Below are positions 11,940 to 20,028 of a stretch of 40,000 bases of DNA, piece after piece. A program made the translations under genes and the position numbers. Below the pieces are notes generated by a model. That model worked only from the letters and a program-made list of their open reading frames with translations, did not search any database and was not told the origin of the DNA. Each line of letters starts with the position of its first letter. Within the stretch, counting starts at the first letter, position 1. The stretch is from Coleofasciculus sp. FACHB-1120 (GTDB lineage: Bacteria; Cyanobacteriota; Cyanobacteriia; Cyanobacteriales; FACHB-T130): contig NZ_JACJTV010000013.1 in the NCBI RefSeq assembly GCF_014698845.1, forward strand, positions 73,861 to 113,860. Direction: 5' to 3'.

Positions 11940-12752
11940 CTAAACCGTAGCACAAAGCTGAGGTACGGAAAGTCGAAACAGATTGCAGGCATTCTGGGTG
12001 GTTTGCGTTGCTAGAGTCTCTAAAGAGACACCCCTCAGATGGGCAACGCACTCTGCGACATATCGGACGTAGGAGGGTTCGTTACGTTTGCCACGTTTGG
12101 GAACGGGTGCGAGGAAGGGGCAGTCGGTTTCAATTAGGAGGCGATCGCTGGGAATTATTCTCGCCGATTCCTGAACCTGAGTGGCGTGTTTAAACGTCAC
12201 GATACCACTGATACTAATATAGAATCCCAAATCCAAGAATCCTTGCATTTCTTCCGAAGTGCCCCCCCAGCAGTGCATGACGCCCCGCACGGGACCAGTG
12301 CGCTTCCAGAAATCTTGCAACAGTTCGTGCATGGTCGCGGCAGCATCCCGGCAGTGAATAATTACAGGCAAATCAAGTTGCTGCGCGATCGCTAGCTGTG
12401 CTTCAAAAACTACTTTTTGCCGCTCCCTATCTTCAGCTTTATAAAAATCCAGACCGATTTCGCCAATTGCTACCACTCGATGGTCAGAACTAGCCAGCGA
12501 ACGTATTTGTTCGGCAGTCTCTGATGTCCACTTCTCGGTATCTAGGGGATGTAACCCCACGGCGAAGTAAAGTTCTGGAAATCGGTTTGCCAGGGCTTGA
12601 ATGCTTGAAAACTCCGCAGGTTCCACACACGAATGTACCAGTCGAACGACACCCGCTTTGCGCCACCGATCCTTAATCTCTTCCAGATCGGACTGGAAGA
12701 GATCGAAGTTTATATGGACATGGGTATCGAACAACTGTATCTGTTCAGTCAT
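11940..12752 (-). CDS. TatD-family metal-dependent hydrolase/DNase
   Basis: 270-aa ORF. N-terminal DTHVHINF metal-binding motif, plus EIGLDFY, IHCRDA and ETDCPFLAP motifs typical of TatD/YcfH. Confidence 0.9.
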   Translation of the reverse strand: MTEQIQLFDTHVHINFDLFQSDLEEIKDRWRKAGVVRLVHSCVEPAEFSSIQALANRFPELYFAVGLHPLDTEKWTSETAEQIRSLASSDHRVVAIGEIGLDFYKAEDRERQKVVFEAQLAIAQQLDLPVIIHCRDAAATMHELLQDFWKRTGPVRGVMHCWGGTSEEMQGFLDLGFYISISGIVTFKHATQVQESARIIPSDRLLIETDCPFLAPVPKRGKRNEPSYVRYVAECVAHLRGVSLETLATQTTQNACNLFRLSVPQLCATV

Positions 12753-12854
12753 TGGTCATCAAGAATTAGGTAGCGGGTAACGGGTAGTGGAAGTTCTACC
12801 GATTACCGGCTCCGATAAACAACTGACTGCTGGCTAGTGACAAGCGGCTAGCCG

Positions 12855-13187
12855 CTAGGAAGCAGAAGCATCCGACGAAGCCGGGGATGAAGTTTCTGGC
12901 TGGGGCTGCGTGCGTTTGAGAGCCTTGGCGAGATTGGATTTTTTACGGGCACCGTTGTTGGTATGCAACACCCCCCGCTTTACCGCTTTGTCAATCTTGC
13001 TGTAAACCTCTGACATCCGCCGCTGTACTTCTTGCAGCGATTCCGCAGTGGGATTGGCTGCGTGGGTTTGGACGGCTGCAAGATAATTCTTCATCAGCGT
13101 TTTTACGGCTGATTTGTAGGTCTTGTTACGCAGCCGGTTGCGTTCGGCTACTTGGACTCGCTTTAGGGCTGACTTAGTATTGGCCAC
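12855..13187 (-). CDS. rpsT: 30S ribosomal protein S20
   Basis: 110-aa ORF with GTG start. [30 protein letters not shown] is a canonical S20 N-terminus. There is a Ser/Pro/Ala-rich C-terminal tail. Confidence 0.95.
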   Translation of the reverse strand: MANTKSALKRVQVAERNRLRNKTYKSAVKTLMKNYLAAVQTHAANPTAESLQEVQRRMSEVYSKIDKAVKRGVLHTNNGARKKSNLAKALKRTQPQPETSSPASSDASAS

Positions 13188-13392
13188 AGTCGTTGAGGAA
13201 AACTCTGTACGGTTAACAAACAGAACTAGATAGATTAATATACCATCTCTCCATAAATTATAGCGATCCCTTGAAAAATCCAGGTTAAGCTATAGAAACG
13301 AGTACAGGTAGTAGGCTGCCTCATCTCAACGGATGAGGATAGTGATATACCTGAACTCAGGCGGGTAATTCCTAGATGGTGATTCCGACTCC

Positions 13393-14700
13393 ATGCTGCG
13401 AATCATTACTCAGGTAGCTGAGGCAAGAACTGAACTGCGGCGTATCTGCGATCGCACCCATGACGACCAGATTGTTCATAAAGAGGCAACTGTTCGGGAA
13501 GTCTTACAGGCTGTGAAGCGCCAGGGCGACAAAGCCCTGCTGCACTACACGGCTGAATTCGATCGACAAACTTTAAATTCCGAACAGCTGCGCGTTAGTG
13601 GCTCAGAACTGGATGCTGCCTATCAACAGGTGTCCAAGGAGTTACTCAACGCAATTCAACTGGCACGTCAACAAATAGAAGCATTCCACCGGCAGCGCGT
13701 CCCGAAATCTTGGGTTCAATTTGGGGACGATGAGATTGTTTTGGGGAAGCGTTACACGCCGGTAGACCGAGCAGGGCTTTACGTTCCTGGCGGTCGAGCA
13801 TCCTATCCAAGTACGGTATTGATGAACGCCATCCCTGCGAAGGTGGCGGGTGTACCAAGAATTGTCATGGTGACGCCACCAGGGCAAGAAAAAACGATTA
13901 ATGCAGCGGTGCTAGTAGCAGCCCAAGAAGCTGGGGTGCAGGAAATTTATCGGATTGGGGGCGCTCAAGCGATCGCGGCTTTGGCTTATGGCACCGAAAC
14001 CATTCCGAAGGTAGATGTCATCACTGGTCCCGGTAATATCTACGTCACCCTGGCGAAAAAGCTCGTTTATGGCACTGTGGGGATTGACTCCCTGGCAGGA
14101 CCTTCTGAGGTACTGATTATTGCCGATGAAAACGCCAATCCTGTCTATGTAGCGGCAGATATGTTGGCGCAGGCGGAACACGATCCGATGGCAGCGGCAA
14201 TTCTCCTGACGACAGAAGCCGGGTTGGCAAAGAAAGTACAGCTAGAAGTAGAACGTCAGTTGGAAGATCATCCGCGACGGCTACTCACCGAGAAAGCGAT
14301 CGCTCATTACGGTTTGATTGTGGTAGTTGACTCTCTGTTAGTTGCTGCCGACCTCTCCAACGAGTTCGCCCCCGAACACTTGGAACTCGAAGTCCAAGAA
14401 CCCTGGGATCTGCTGGAAAAAATTCGCCACGCCGGTGCTATCTTCTTGGGTTCTTCAACGCCCGAAGCTGTGGGAGACTACTTAGCAGGACCGAATCATA
14501 CGCTGCCTACCTCCGGCGCTGCCCGTTATGCTTCAGCACTGGGAGTGGAAACGTTTCTGAAACACTCCAGTCTGATTCAATACTCGCCCACAGCGCTCCA
14601 GAAGCTTGGCAATGCTATCCAGATACTTGCCCAAGCCGAGGGTTTGCCTTCCCACGCTGACTCCGTGCGGCTGCGAATCGAGAAGAGGTCTGACGAATAA
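13393..14700 (+). CDS. hisD: Histidinol dehydrogenase
   Basis: 435-aa ORF. Conserved HisD blocks are present (GLYVPGGRASYPSTVLMNAIPAKVAGV, DMLAQAEHD, APEHLEL, AGAIFLG, GDYLAGPNHTLPT). Confidence 0.97.
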   Translation: MLRIITQVAEARTELRRICDRTHDDQIVHKEATVREVLQAVKRQGDKALLHYTAEFDRQTLNSEQLRVSGSELDAAYQQVSKELLNAIQLARQQIEAFHRQRVPKSWVQFGDDEIVLGKRYTPVDRAGLYVPGGRASYPSTVLMNAIPAKVAGVPRIVMVTPPGQEKTINAAVLVAAQEAGVQEIYRIGGAQAIAALAYGTETIPKVDVITGPGNIYVTLAKKLVYGTVGIDSLAGPSEVLIIADENANPVYVAADMLAQAEHDPMAAAILLTTEAGLAKKVQLEVERQLEDHPRRLLTEKAIAHYGLIVVVDSLLVAADLSNEFAPEHLELEVQEPWDLLEKIRHAGAIFLGSSTPEAVGDYLAGPNHTLPTSGAARYASALGVETFLKHSSLIQYSPTALQKLGNAIQILAQAEGLPSHADSVRLRIEKRSDE

Positions 14701-14721
14701 CGAAAATAAGGAGATTTTGGG

Positions 14722-15147
14722 GTGCTAAAAATTATTCTGGTGGCTCTCGACAGTTCAGAGCTTTCGGAGGCAGTGATTCATTCCCTGGAAGAACTCCAAC
14801 TACAGCCAACAACCAAAATCATCCTTTCCCACGTCATTCCTTCTTCAGGGTCTGAGGTAGAAATTGCTGTTGACAAGCCCCATTCTTCTTCGGAGGATCT
14901 GCCTTATCGACAGATAGAAAAGGAGATGGAATCTTATCAGGCTGCTTTACCCTGCCACAGCGAACTAGAAATCGTCACTGGCGACCCCGCTGAAGAAATT
15001 ATCCGGCTTGCGAATATTTATCAAGCTGACTTAATTGTGATTGGCAGTCGGGGTTTAACGGGTTTGAAGCGAATTATAGAGGGGTCTGTCAGCAGCCAAG
15101 TTGTTGCTGATGCCCCTTGTTCGGTGCTGGTAGTGAAGCAGGCATAA
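14722..15147 (+). CDS. Universal stress protein (UspA family)
   Basis: 141-aa ORF with GTG start 8 nt after AAGGAG. ILVALDSS N-terminus. The C-terminal motif DLIVIGSRGLTGLKRIIEGSVSSQVV is the USP ATP-binding G-2x-G-9x-G(S/T) pattern. Confidence 0.8.
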   Translation: MLKIILVALDSSELSEAVIHSLEELQLQPTTKIILSHVIPSSGSEVEIAVDKPHSSSEDLPYRQIEKEMESYQAALPCHSELEIVTGDPAEEIIRLANIYQADLIVIGSRGLTGLKRIIEGSVSSQVVADAPCSVLVVKQA

Positions 15148-15180
15148 AAATTAGGATCAAACGGGATTCCAGGGAGTTAA

Positions 15181-15555
15181 TTAAGTAGATTCTCCAACAA
15201 AGCAATTAGTCAGGCAAAGCCCTCGCTTTTTAGCATTGTGAACGAACTCAAAAAAACCTAAGTACAACGGCAGCTTTTCTTGAGAGATACTCCGATGCGA
15301 TCGCCACTAGGAACGCAAGAGCCATCTCTTATGCTTCCATTGTGTTGATATATCCTATTGACATGGACTTTACAGAAGCCATCTCCATCCTCATGGCGAG
15401 TATATTTACCCCTGCAATGACACACTGTTTTGTGGGTATAGCTCCACTCAGGTAAGGGATTGTAGATGGCGTATTCATTGGTATATATCTGAGTGCCTGC
15501 TGCAATGGTTGTTTTGATGAGTGGCTCAATAGTCGTTTGCTGGACATGGCAAGCA
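15181..15555 (-). pseudogene. C-terminal remnant of an ISXO2-like (IS1595-family) DDE transposase, N-terminally truncated and disrupted
   Basis: My hand translation gives FDACHVQQTTIEPLIKTTIAAGTQIYTNEYAIYNPLPEWSYTHKTVCHCRGKYTRHEDGDGFCKVHVN, then after a frame change INTMEA-stop, then in a third frame WLLRS-stop-WRSHRSISQEKLPLYLGFFEFVHNAKKRG. From memory, this matches the conserved ...EDGDGF.EVHVNTMEGFWSLLRSWLRPHRGISQEKLPLYLGFFEFVHN C-terminus of cyanobacterial ISXO2-like transposases. Confidence 0.7.
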
Positions 15556-16100
15556 TCAAAATGGCAAGCTCCCCAACCCTCGCAGCAATTTAGGCACCGA
15601 GGTGCGGTTGTCGGTATTTCCCGATGTCAGTACAAAGCCCGTGAACCTCGCCTTGTCGTTAACCACGATATGCAGCTTGAAACTAAAGAACCAATCAACA
15701 GAAGTCTTACCGCGAGCTGCCGGATGCGGCGATTGTGGCAGTCTTATAAGACTGGTGGAATCTATGAAGCTGATGCCGCTACAGGTACACCCAGCAGGAA
15801 CGTAGGTAGGCACATAATGACAGTAGAGCACTGGGTATCCCCTCAACAAACCTTCGGTAAATGACAGACCCAGAAAAGCATCCAGCCACTGAGGCTGCAC
15901 CTTCTGTTGATAGTAGGCTTTAAAATTGCGGTAACCCGACTGATAAGAAGCCAATCAGAATCGTCATGGTTTTGCTCAAGCATAGACGACGTGGTCGCTT
16001 CGGTTATTGCAACCCATTACTAAGGAGTTGGGGATAAAGAAAGTGGTTCAAAGGTTTAGCAGAAGTCATCAGGCCAGCAGAACATTTGTTCTAGACCAAA
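15556..16100 (-). pseudogene. N-terminal two-thirds of an IS982-family-like DDE transposase, C-terminally truncated with frameshifts and stops
   Basis: The 132-aa ORF 15556..15954 contains CTCSGISFIDSTSL ... GKTSVDWFFSFKLHIVVNDKARFTGFVLTSGNTDNR. Upstream pieces read in other frames: MFCWPDDFC-stop-TFEP, SNGLQ-stop-PKRPRRLCLSKTMTILIGF, then a frameshift into YQSGYRNFKAYY. From memory, the pattern matches cyanobacterial IS982-type transposases (LFC.VDDFC..FEP, LCLSEIMTI.IAFHQS.YR.FK, GKTS.GWFFGFKLHLV.ND.GE). Confidence 0.65.
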
Positions 16101-16380
16101 CAGGGGCAAGCAGAGGGATGAGAATTTAGCACTTTCAGCGTATCTGTTCTGCCCCTTTCTCATCCCGAACTGAGGTTTTTTGGCTTCTTCGCGAACCGTA
16201 TTGGAAGCTGCCTCGGCAACCGCTCGTAAGTAGTCAGAACTGACTGCCCAAGAATCATCTGGGCTTAAAGATACAACACAGTTGGGAACTAAAACGAGTC
16301 TACGCTGTTCTACCTGTTTGAGGATTGCCTATGCGGTGAAAGCGGTTTAAAGCTTGTAGCTGAAAACAGCGATCGCTTTT

Positions 16381-16730
16381 TTGAAAAATATTGATTAATT
16401 ACGGAAAATACTCATTAATTATAAAGTAACAATAAAGAAATATCACTATTTATTTAAAGCTATCAATAAGTTACGTATAAACCCTGATATTTAAATTTTG
16501 ATTAAATATGAATTTCATCTATTGCTATATAAATTTATTATAAAACCTCAGTAAAAATACCTTGATTTAAATTAGAAACTAGCGAAAAACCTTGTTTTAA
16601 TTAGGTAAATAAATTAAGTAAAACCCTCATCAGTAGAATTATGAAGCAGCCATAAAGAGCGCTGGCATTTTATTTAAAGATATCGAGAAATTACTGAAAC
16701 CCTATTGTGGCTCAAGGGAGCCACTGATAT
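16381..16730. repeat. Very AT-rich, repeat-dense intergenic region upstream of the PEP-CTERM gene
   Basis: Tandem ~20-bp units at 16383-16421 (gaaaaatattgattaatta / ggaaaatactcattaatta, 16 of 19 identical). tatttaaag[c/a]tatc occurs at 16451 and 16671, each followed 26-28 nt later by aaaccct. At least six AAA(A)CC(C/T)-type motifs at about 16478, 16541, 16556, 16585, 16619 and 16695. Hairpin gtggctc-aagg-gagccac at about 16707-16724. Confidence 0.75.
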
Positions 16731-16829
16731 ATTGCGTACATCAGCTGAGCGTGAAGTAAGCAGAGCTAAAGAAAAAGCCTTATCTACAAACGCCAATTAA
16801 ATCTTGTGTCTTACAGGGAGATTTCACCG

Positions 16830-17813
16830 ATGAAAGTAACTTCATTTTTACCTTCTGTTTTAGCAGCAGCTGGCATTGCTATTACATCCTCTTTTCTAGT
16901 ACCAACCTCTGCACAAGCCTTCGGCATATCTTTTGATTCCACCAGTCAATCTACTGAAAATACTGGCGCATCAGCTTTTGTAGAATTCGGTTTTACTCAG
17001 GAAGGAGACAACGTTCTGCTTGAGCTGGATATCACCAACACTACTGGTGAGATACCTCCTTTCGGTGCTGGAGCCGAGACGTCTAAACTGACAGGTTTTG
17101 CGTTTGATCTCCTGCCAGGTTTGTCCGTAGTTAGCAACTCCTACACAGGCAGCAGTTTCTTCCCTACACTGTTACAAAACGTTAACTTTACCCCTTTTAG
17201 TAATCAGGTCGGTAACTTTAGCGTTGCTGTTGCTGATAACAACAACTTTGAAGGTGGCAATGCTAATAATGCCCTTCCTGAGGGTGCCAGTACGCTTGTC
17301 AGCTTTTTATTGAGTGGTACAAACCTCGTTGCTGCCACACTTGAAAGCCAATTCCTGGCTGGATTTCAGAATAACACCCTTCAGGCGGCAGTTCGCTTCC
17401 AGCAGGTGGATGGTGAGGGGAGTGACAAATTGCTAGGCGGAACTATCGTCGGTGGCGGCGATGATGGCGGCGATAACGGTGGCGGCGATGATGGCGGCGA
17501 TAACGGCGGCGGCGACGACGGTGGTGACAACGGCGGCGACGATGGCGGCGGTGACAACGGTGGTGACAACGGCGGCGACGATGGCGGCGGTGACAACGGT
17601 GGTGACAACGGCGGCGACAACGGCGGCGACAACGGTGGCGACAACGGCGGTGACAACGGCGGTGACAACGGTGGCGACAACGGCGGTGATAACGGCGGTG
17701 ACAACGGCGGCGACAACGGTGGTTCAACAAAGGTACCAGAACCAGGCACTGTGGCAGCTCTAGCCTTAATGGTTGGAGGATTGAGAGTAGTGCGCCGTCG
17801 GAAATCTAACTAA
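16830..17813 (+). CDS. Secreted PEP-CTERM (exosortase-sorted) protein with a Gly/Asp/Asn tandem-repeat spacer
   Basis: ATG at 16830 lies about 10 nt after GGGAG; the track's GTG at 16806 is less likely. Signal peptide MKVTSFLPSVLAAAGIAITSSFLVPTSAQA. About 180-aa N-terminal domain, then about 90 aa of GGDD/GGDN repeats. The C-terminus VPEPGTVAALALMVGGLRVVRRRKSN is the PEP motif plus TM helix plus basic tail. Confidence 0.85.
   Translation: MKVTSFLPSVLAAAGIAITSSFLVPTSAQAFGISFDSTSQSTENTGASAFVEFGFTQEGDNVLLELDITNTTGEIPPFGAGAETSKLTGFAFDLLPGLSVVSNSYTGSSFFPTLLQNVNFTPFSNQVGNFSVAVADNNNFEGGNANNALPEGASTLVSFLLSGTNLVAATLESQFLAGFQNNTLQAAVRFQQVDGEGSDKLLGGTIVGGGDDGGDNGGGDDGGDNGGGDDGGDNGGDDGGGDNGGDNGGDDGGGDNGGDNGGDNGGDNGGDNGGDNGGDNGGDNGGDNGGDNGGDNGGSTKVPEPGTVAALALMVGGLRVVRRRKSN
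17451..17722 (+). repeat. In-frame coding tandem repeat (12-bp GGDN units, with 27- and 39-bp higher-order units at the 5' side)
   Basis: ggcggcgacaac / ggtggcgacaac / ggcggtgacaac are reiterated. The protein reads GGGDDGGDN x3, GGDDGGGDNGGDN x2, then GGDN x about 11. The repeat lacks stops, so additional frames on both strands are open across it. Confidence 0.9.
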
Positions 17814-17855
17814 ACCACTCATTGATTAAATAGTCATTGTTTCGGTAAGCGATGG

Positions 17856-17893
17856 GGGTTGGAAGTTTAGTTGAACTTCCAACCCTAATTTTT
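17856..17893 (+). terminator. Intrinsic terminator after the PEP-CTERM gene
   Basis: gggttggaagtt (17856-17867) pairs with aacttccaaccc (17874-17885). Loop is tagttg, followed by taattttt. Confidence 0.7.
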
Positions 17894-18010
17894 GCTAACA
17901 AGGTGCTTCTGTATCGGTGGCACTGTAATTTGGATAATGAATGGCGATTTTGGCGACTTTTATACAGATTTTAGTTATAACCGAATTGTCAATTAAGGGG
18001 CTAACGTTCT

Positions 18011-19831
18011 ATGTTCTCCAAGGAGAAAAAATTTAAAAGTGGCTTTGAGAGGAAGCTAGAAGAACTGTTTGGGTTAGACTTGCGATCGCTCGCTTTGTTT
18101 CGCATCGGTCTAGCGTTGCTGCTCCTTACCGATCTGGTTAAACGTTCCCAGGATCTCAAAGCTCACTACACGGATTTTGGAATCCTTCCTCGCGCCCCAC
18201 TGATTGAACAATTCTTAAATCCTTGGTTCTGGTCAGTCCATTTACTCAGTGGTCAAGCCTTATTTCAAAGTTTTCTATTCTTATTTGCTGGATTTATTGC
18301 CTTTTCACTGTTAATCGGTTATCGAACAAGATTTGTCACCATCGTCTCCTGGGCACTCTTGGTTTCCCTTCATAGTCGAAACTCGATGGTACTCAGTGCT
18401 GGAGACATCGAATTTCGCTTGTTGCTATTTTGGGCAATGTTTTTGCCGTTAGGGGCTTGTTATTCGGTGGATAGCGCCCTTAATTCATCCTCAAAAGCTT
18501 TGCCAGAGCGCATTTTGTCCGGTGCAACGGTCGCCTTGACACTACAAATCTGTTTTGTCTACTGGTTTACATGGGCGCTGAAGTCCGATCCGATCTGGTG
18601 GAAAGAAGGCAGCGCCGTTTATTATGCCTTGAGCATCGATCAGTTTGCCACCCCTATCGGTCAATTCTTCTTAGGATTTCCGCCGCCACTGCTCGTCTTT
18701 TTAACCTACACCACGCTGGGGATTGAGTTATTAGGGCCATTTTTACTGTTCATCCCCATCCGTACTAGCTTTTTCCGCTTGTGTGCGGTGGTGACATTTA
18801 TCCTGTTACATCTCGGTTTTGGACTAGGACTAACGCTGGGTCTTTTTCCGTTTATCAGTGCGATCGCTTGGCTGGTTTTCATCCCTAGCGAGTTTTGGAA
18901 TAGGATTTCCCAGCGCCTGCAAACTCCGGAATGTCAGGGACTCAAAATCTACTATGACGGAGAGTGTGGTTTCTGCAAAAAGACCGTATACCTGCTCCGC
19001 ACCTTCTTAGTATTACCAGGAACGCCACTACTTTTAGCTCAGGATGACCCGGAAATTTTCGCGGACATGAAAACTCACAATTCCTGGGTAGTGGTCGATT
19101 GGGAAGGATACAAACATTTCAAATTTAAAGCGATCGCCTACGTCTGTCACCTATCACCCTTACTTCGACCTCTGAGTCCCTTGCTGGAATGGCGTCCTGT
19201 CTTGTCTGCGGGTACGAAAGTCTACGAAGTTATTGCTAACAATCGCCGCGCCGCCTCTAAAGCCACGACTCTTTTAAAGTTTCGCCCCCAGGAAGTGCGT
19301 TCTTCGTGGTTAACGAATATCATCGCCTTCCTCTTATTGATTTGCGTAGCTTTGTGGAATCTCAGGACAATTGCTCCCTCTATCTTTAAGCTGCCAAGCG
19401 TAGTTAATTGGATAACTCTTGTACTGAGATTAGACCAGAAATGGAGTATGTTTGCCCCCTATCCACTTAAAGATGATGGTTGGTATGTCATTCCAGGTCA
19501 GCTTAAAGATGGTACTGAAATAGATGTTTTTAAAAATGGCACACCTATAAGTTGGGAAAAACCACGTCTTGTGTCTGCGACTTATTCAAACGAGCGTTGG
19601 CGCAAATACATGATGAATATTTGGAGCAAGGAGAATTCCAAGTATCGTCTTTACTATGGGCGATATCTTTGCCGCAACTGGAATACTCAGCACCAAGGGT
19701 CACAGCAGCTTGACACCTTTTCTATTTACTTTATGCAAGAAAATACCCTATCAAATTATCAAACCCCAACGGTAAAAAAGGTTCGTATTTGGAAGCATTC
19801 CTGCTTTAAGACATCTTCAGAAGATAACTAA
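18011..19831 (+). CDS. Polytopic membrane protein: N-terminal HTTM (vitamin K-dependent gamma-carboxylase-like) domain fused to a DCC/DUF393 thiol-disulfide oxidoreductase domain and a C-terminal region of unknown function
   Basis: 606-aa ORF. HTTM-type start LFGLDLRSLALFRIGLALLLLTDL followed by multiple hydrophobic helices. Around aa 305-415, LKIYYDGECGFCKKTVYLLRTFL ... VYEVIANNRR matches the DCC-family YDGxCxxC ... ArnR pattern. Then one more TM helix (IIAFLLLICVALWNL) and a soluble tail with DQKWSMFAPYPLKDDGWYVIPG. Confidence 0.75.
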   Translation: MFSKEKKFKSGFERKLEELFGLDLRSLALFRIGLALLLLTDLVKRSQDLKAHYTDFGILPRAPLIEQFLNPWFWSVHLLSGQALFQSFLFLFAGFIAFSLLIGYRTRFVTIVSWALLVSLHSRNSMVLSAGDIEFRLLLFWAMFLPLGACYSVDSALNSSSKALPERILSGATVALTLQICFVYWFTWALKSDPIWWKEGSAVYYALSIDQFATPIGQFFLGFPPPLLVFLTYTTLGIELLGPFLLFIPIRTSFFRLCAVVTFILLHLGFGLGLTLGLFPFISAIAWLVFIPSEFWNRISQRLQTPECQGLKIYYDGECGFCKKTVYLLRTFLVLPGTPLLLAQDDPEIFADMKTHNSWVVVDWEGYKHFKFKAIAYVCHLSPLLRPLSPLLEWRPVLSAGTKVYEVIANNRRAASKATTLLKFRPQEVRSSWLTNIIAFLLLICVALWNLRTIAPSIFKLPSVVNWITLVLRLDQKWSMFAPYPLKDDGWYVIPGQLKDGTEIDVFKNGTPISWEKPRLVSATYSNERWRKYMMNIWSKENSKYRLYYGRYLCRNWNTQHQGSQQLDTFSIYFMQENTLSNYQTPTVKKVRIWKHSCFKTSSEDN

Positions 19832-20028
19832 GCTGATGTGCATTTCGATGCGTTTTTTTCGTCGCCTATAATATTGGCAGTATTCTACGTTTACCTGAAT
19901 TTATTTAGACCTTGAAGGGTACAGCTACCAAAACGTAGCCTGAGGGAGACAAGCTAATTATTTGCCGGTCAATTAACCAAAATTGATATTAGACTGCGAA
20001 GGCGGTCTTTGTTTGTGTAACCGCAACT

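Noticed and set aside
11726-12051. Minus-strand ORFs of 88 and 95 aa overlapping the tatD 3' end and the spacer
   Set aside because: They overlap tatD out of frame, are Cys/Arg/Pro-rich, and have no motif or ribosome-binding context.
12843-12856. 14-bp perfect palindrome agcggctagccgct overlapping the rpsT stop codon, as a terminator
   Set aside because: No U-tract follows on the minus strand, and tatD follows in the same orientation. It is probably not a terminator, so I left it uncalled.
15329-15954. Track ORFs 15329..15559(-), 15493..15864(+), 15602..15805(+) as separate genes
   Set aside because: They are alternative frames or strands over the decayed transposase remnants. Only the pseudogene interpretation is supported.
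16050-16335. ~90-codon stop-to-stop open frame on the minus strand (AILKQVEQRRLVLVPNCVVSLSPDDSWAVSSDYLRAVAEAASNTVREEAKKPQ...) running into the IS982-like start
   Set aside because: It has no plausible start codon upstream of the conserved-looking part and I recognise no family. It may be the tail of a gene destroyed by the IS insertion, but I cannot support a call.
16381-16730. Possible CRISPR array or leader in the AT-rich repeat field
   Set aside because: The repeat units are short, degenerate and irregularly spaced. There are no 28-37-bp identical repeats with unique spacers, and there are no cas genes.
16806-16829. GTG start at 16806 for the PEP-CTERM protein (MSYREISP-MKV...)
   Set aside because: The ATG at 16830 has a GGGAG Shine-Dalgarno-like element at proper spacing and gives a canonical signal peptide directly.
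17381-17763. Three extra ORFs across the GGDN repeat (PLSPPLSPP..., RCRRRCHRR..., AAMMAAITVAA...)
   Set aside because: The tandem repeat lacks stop codons in these additional frames on both strands. Only the frame with a signal peptide and PEP-CTERM end makes biological sense.
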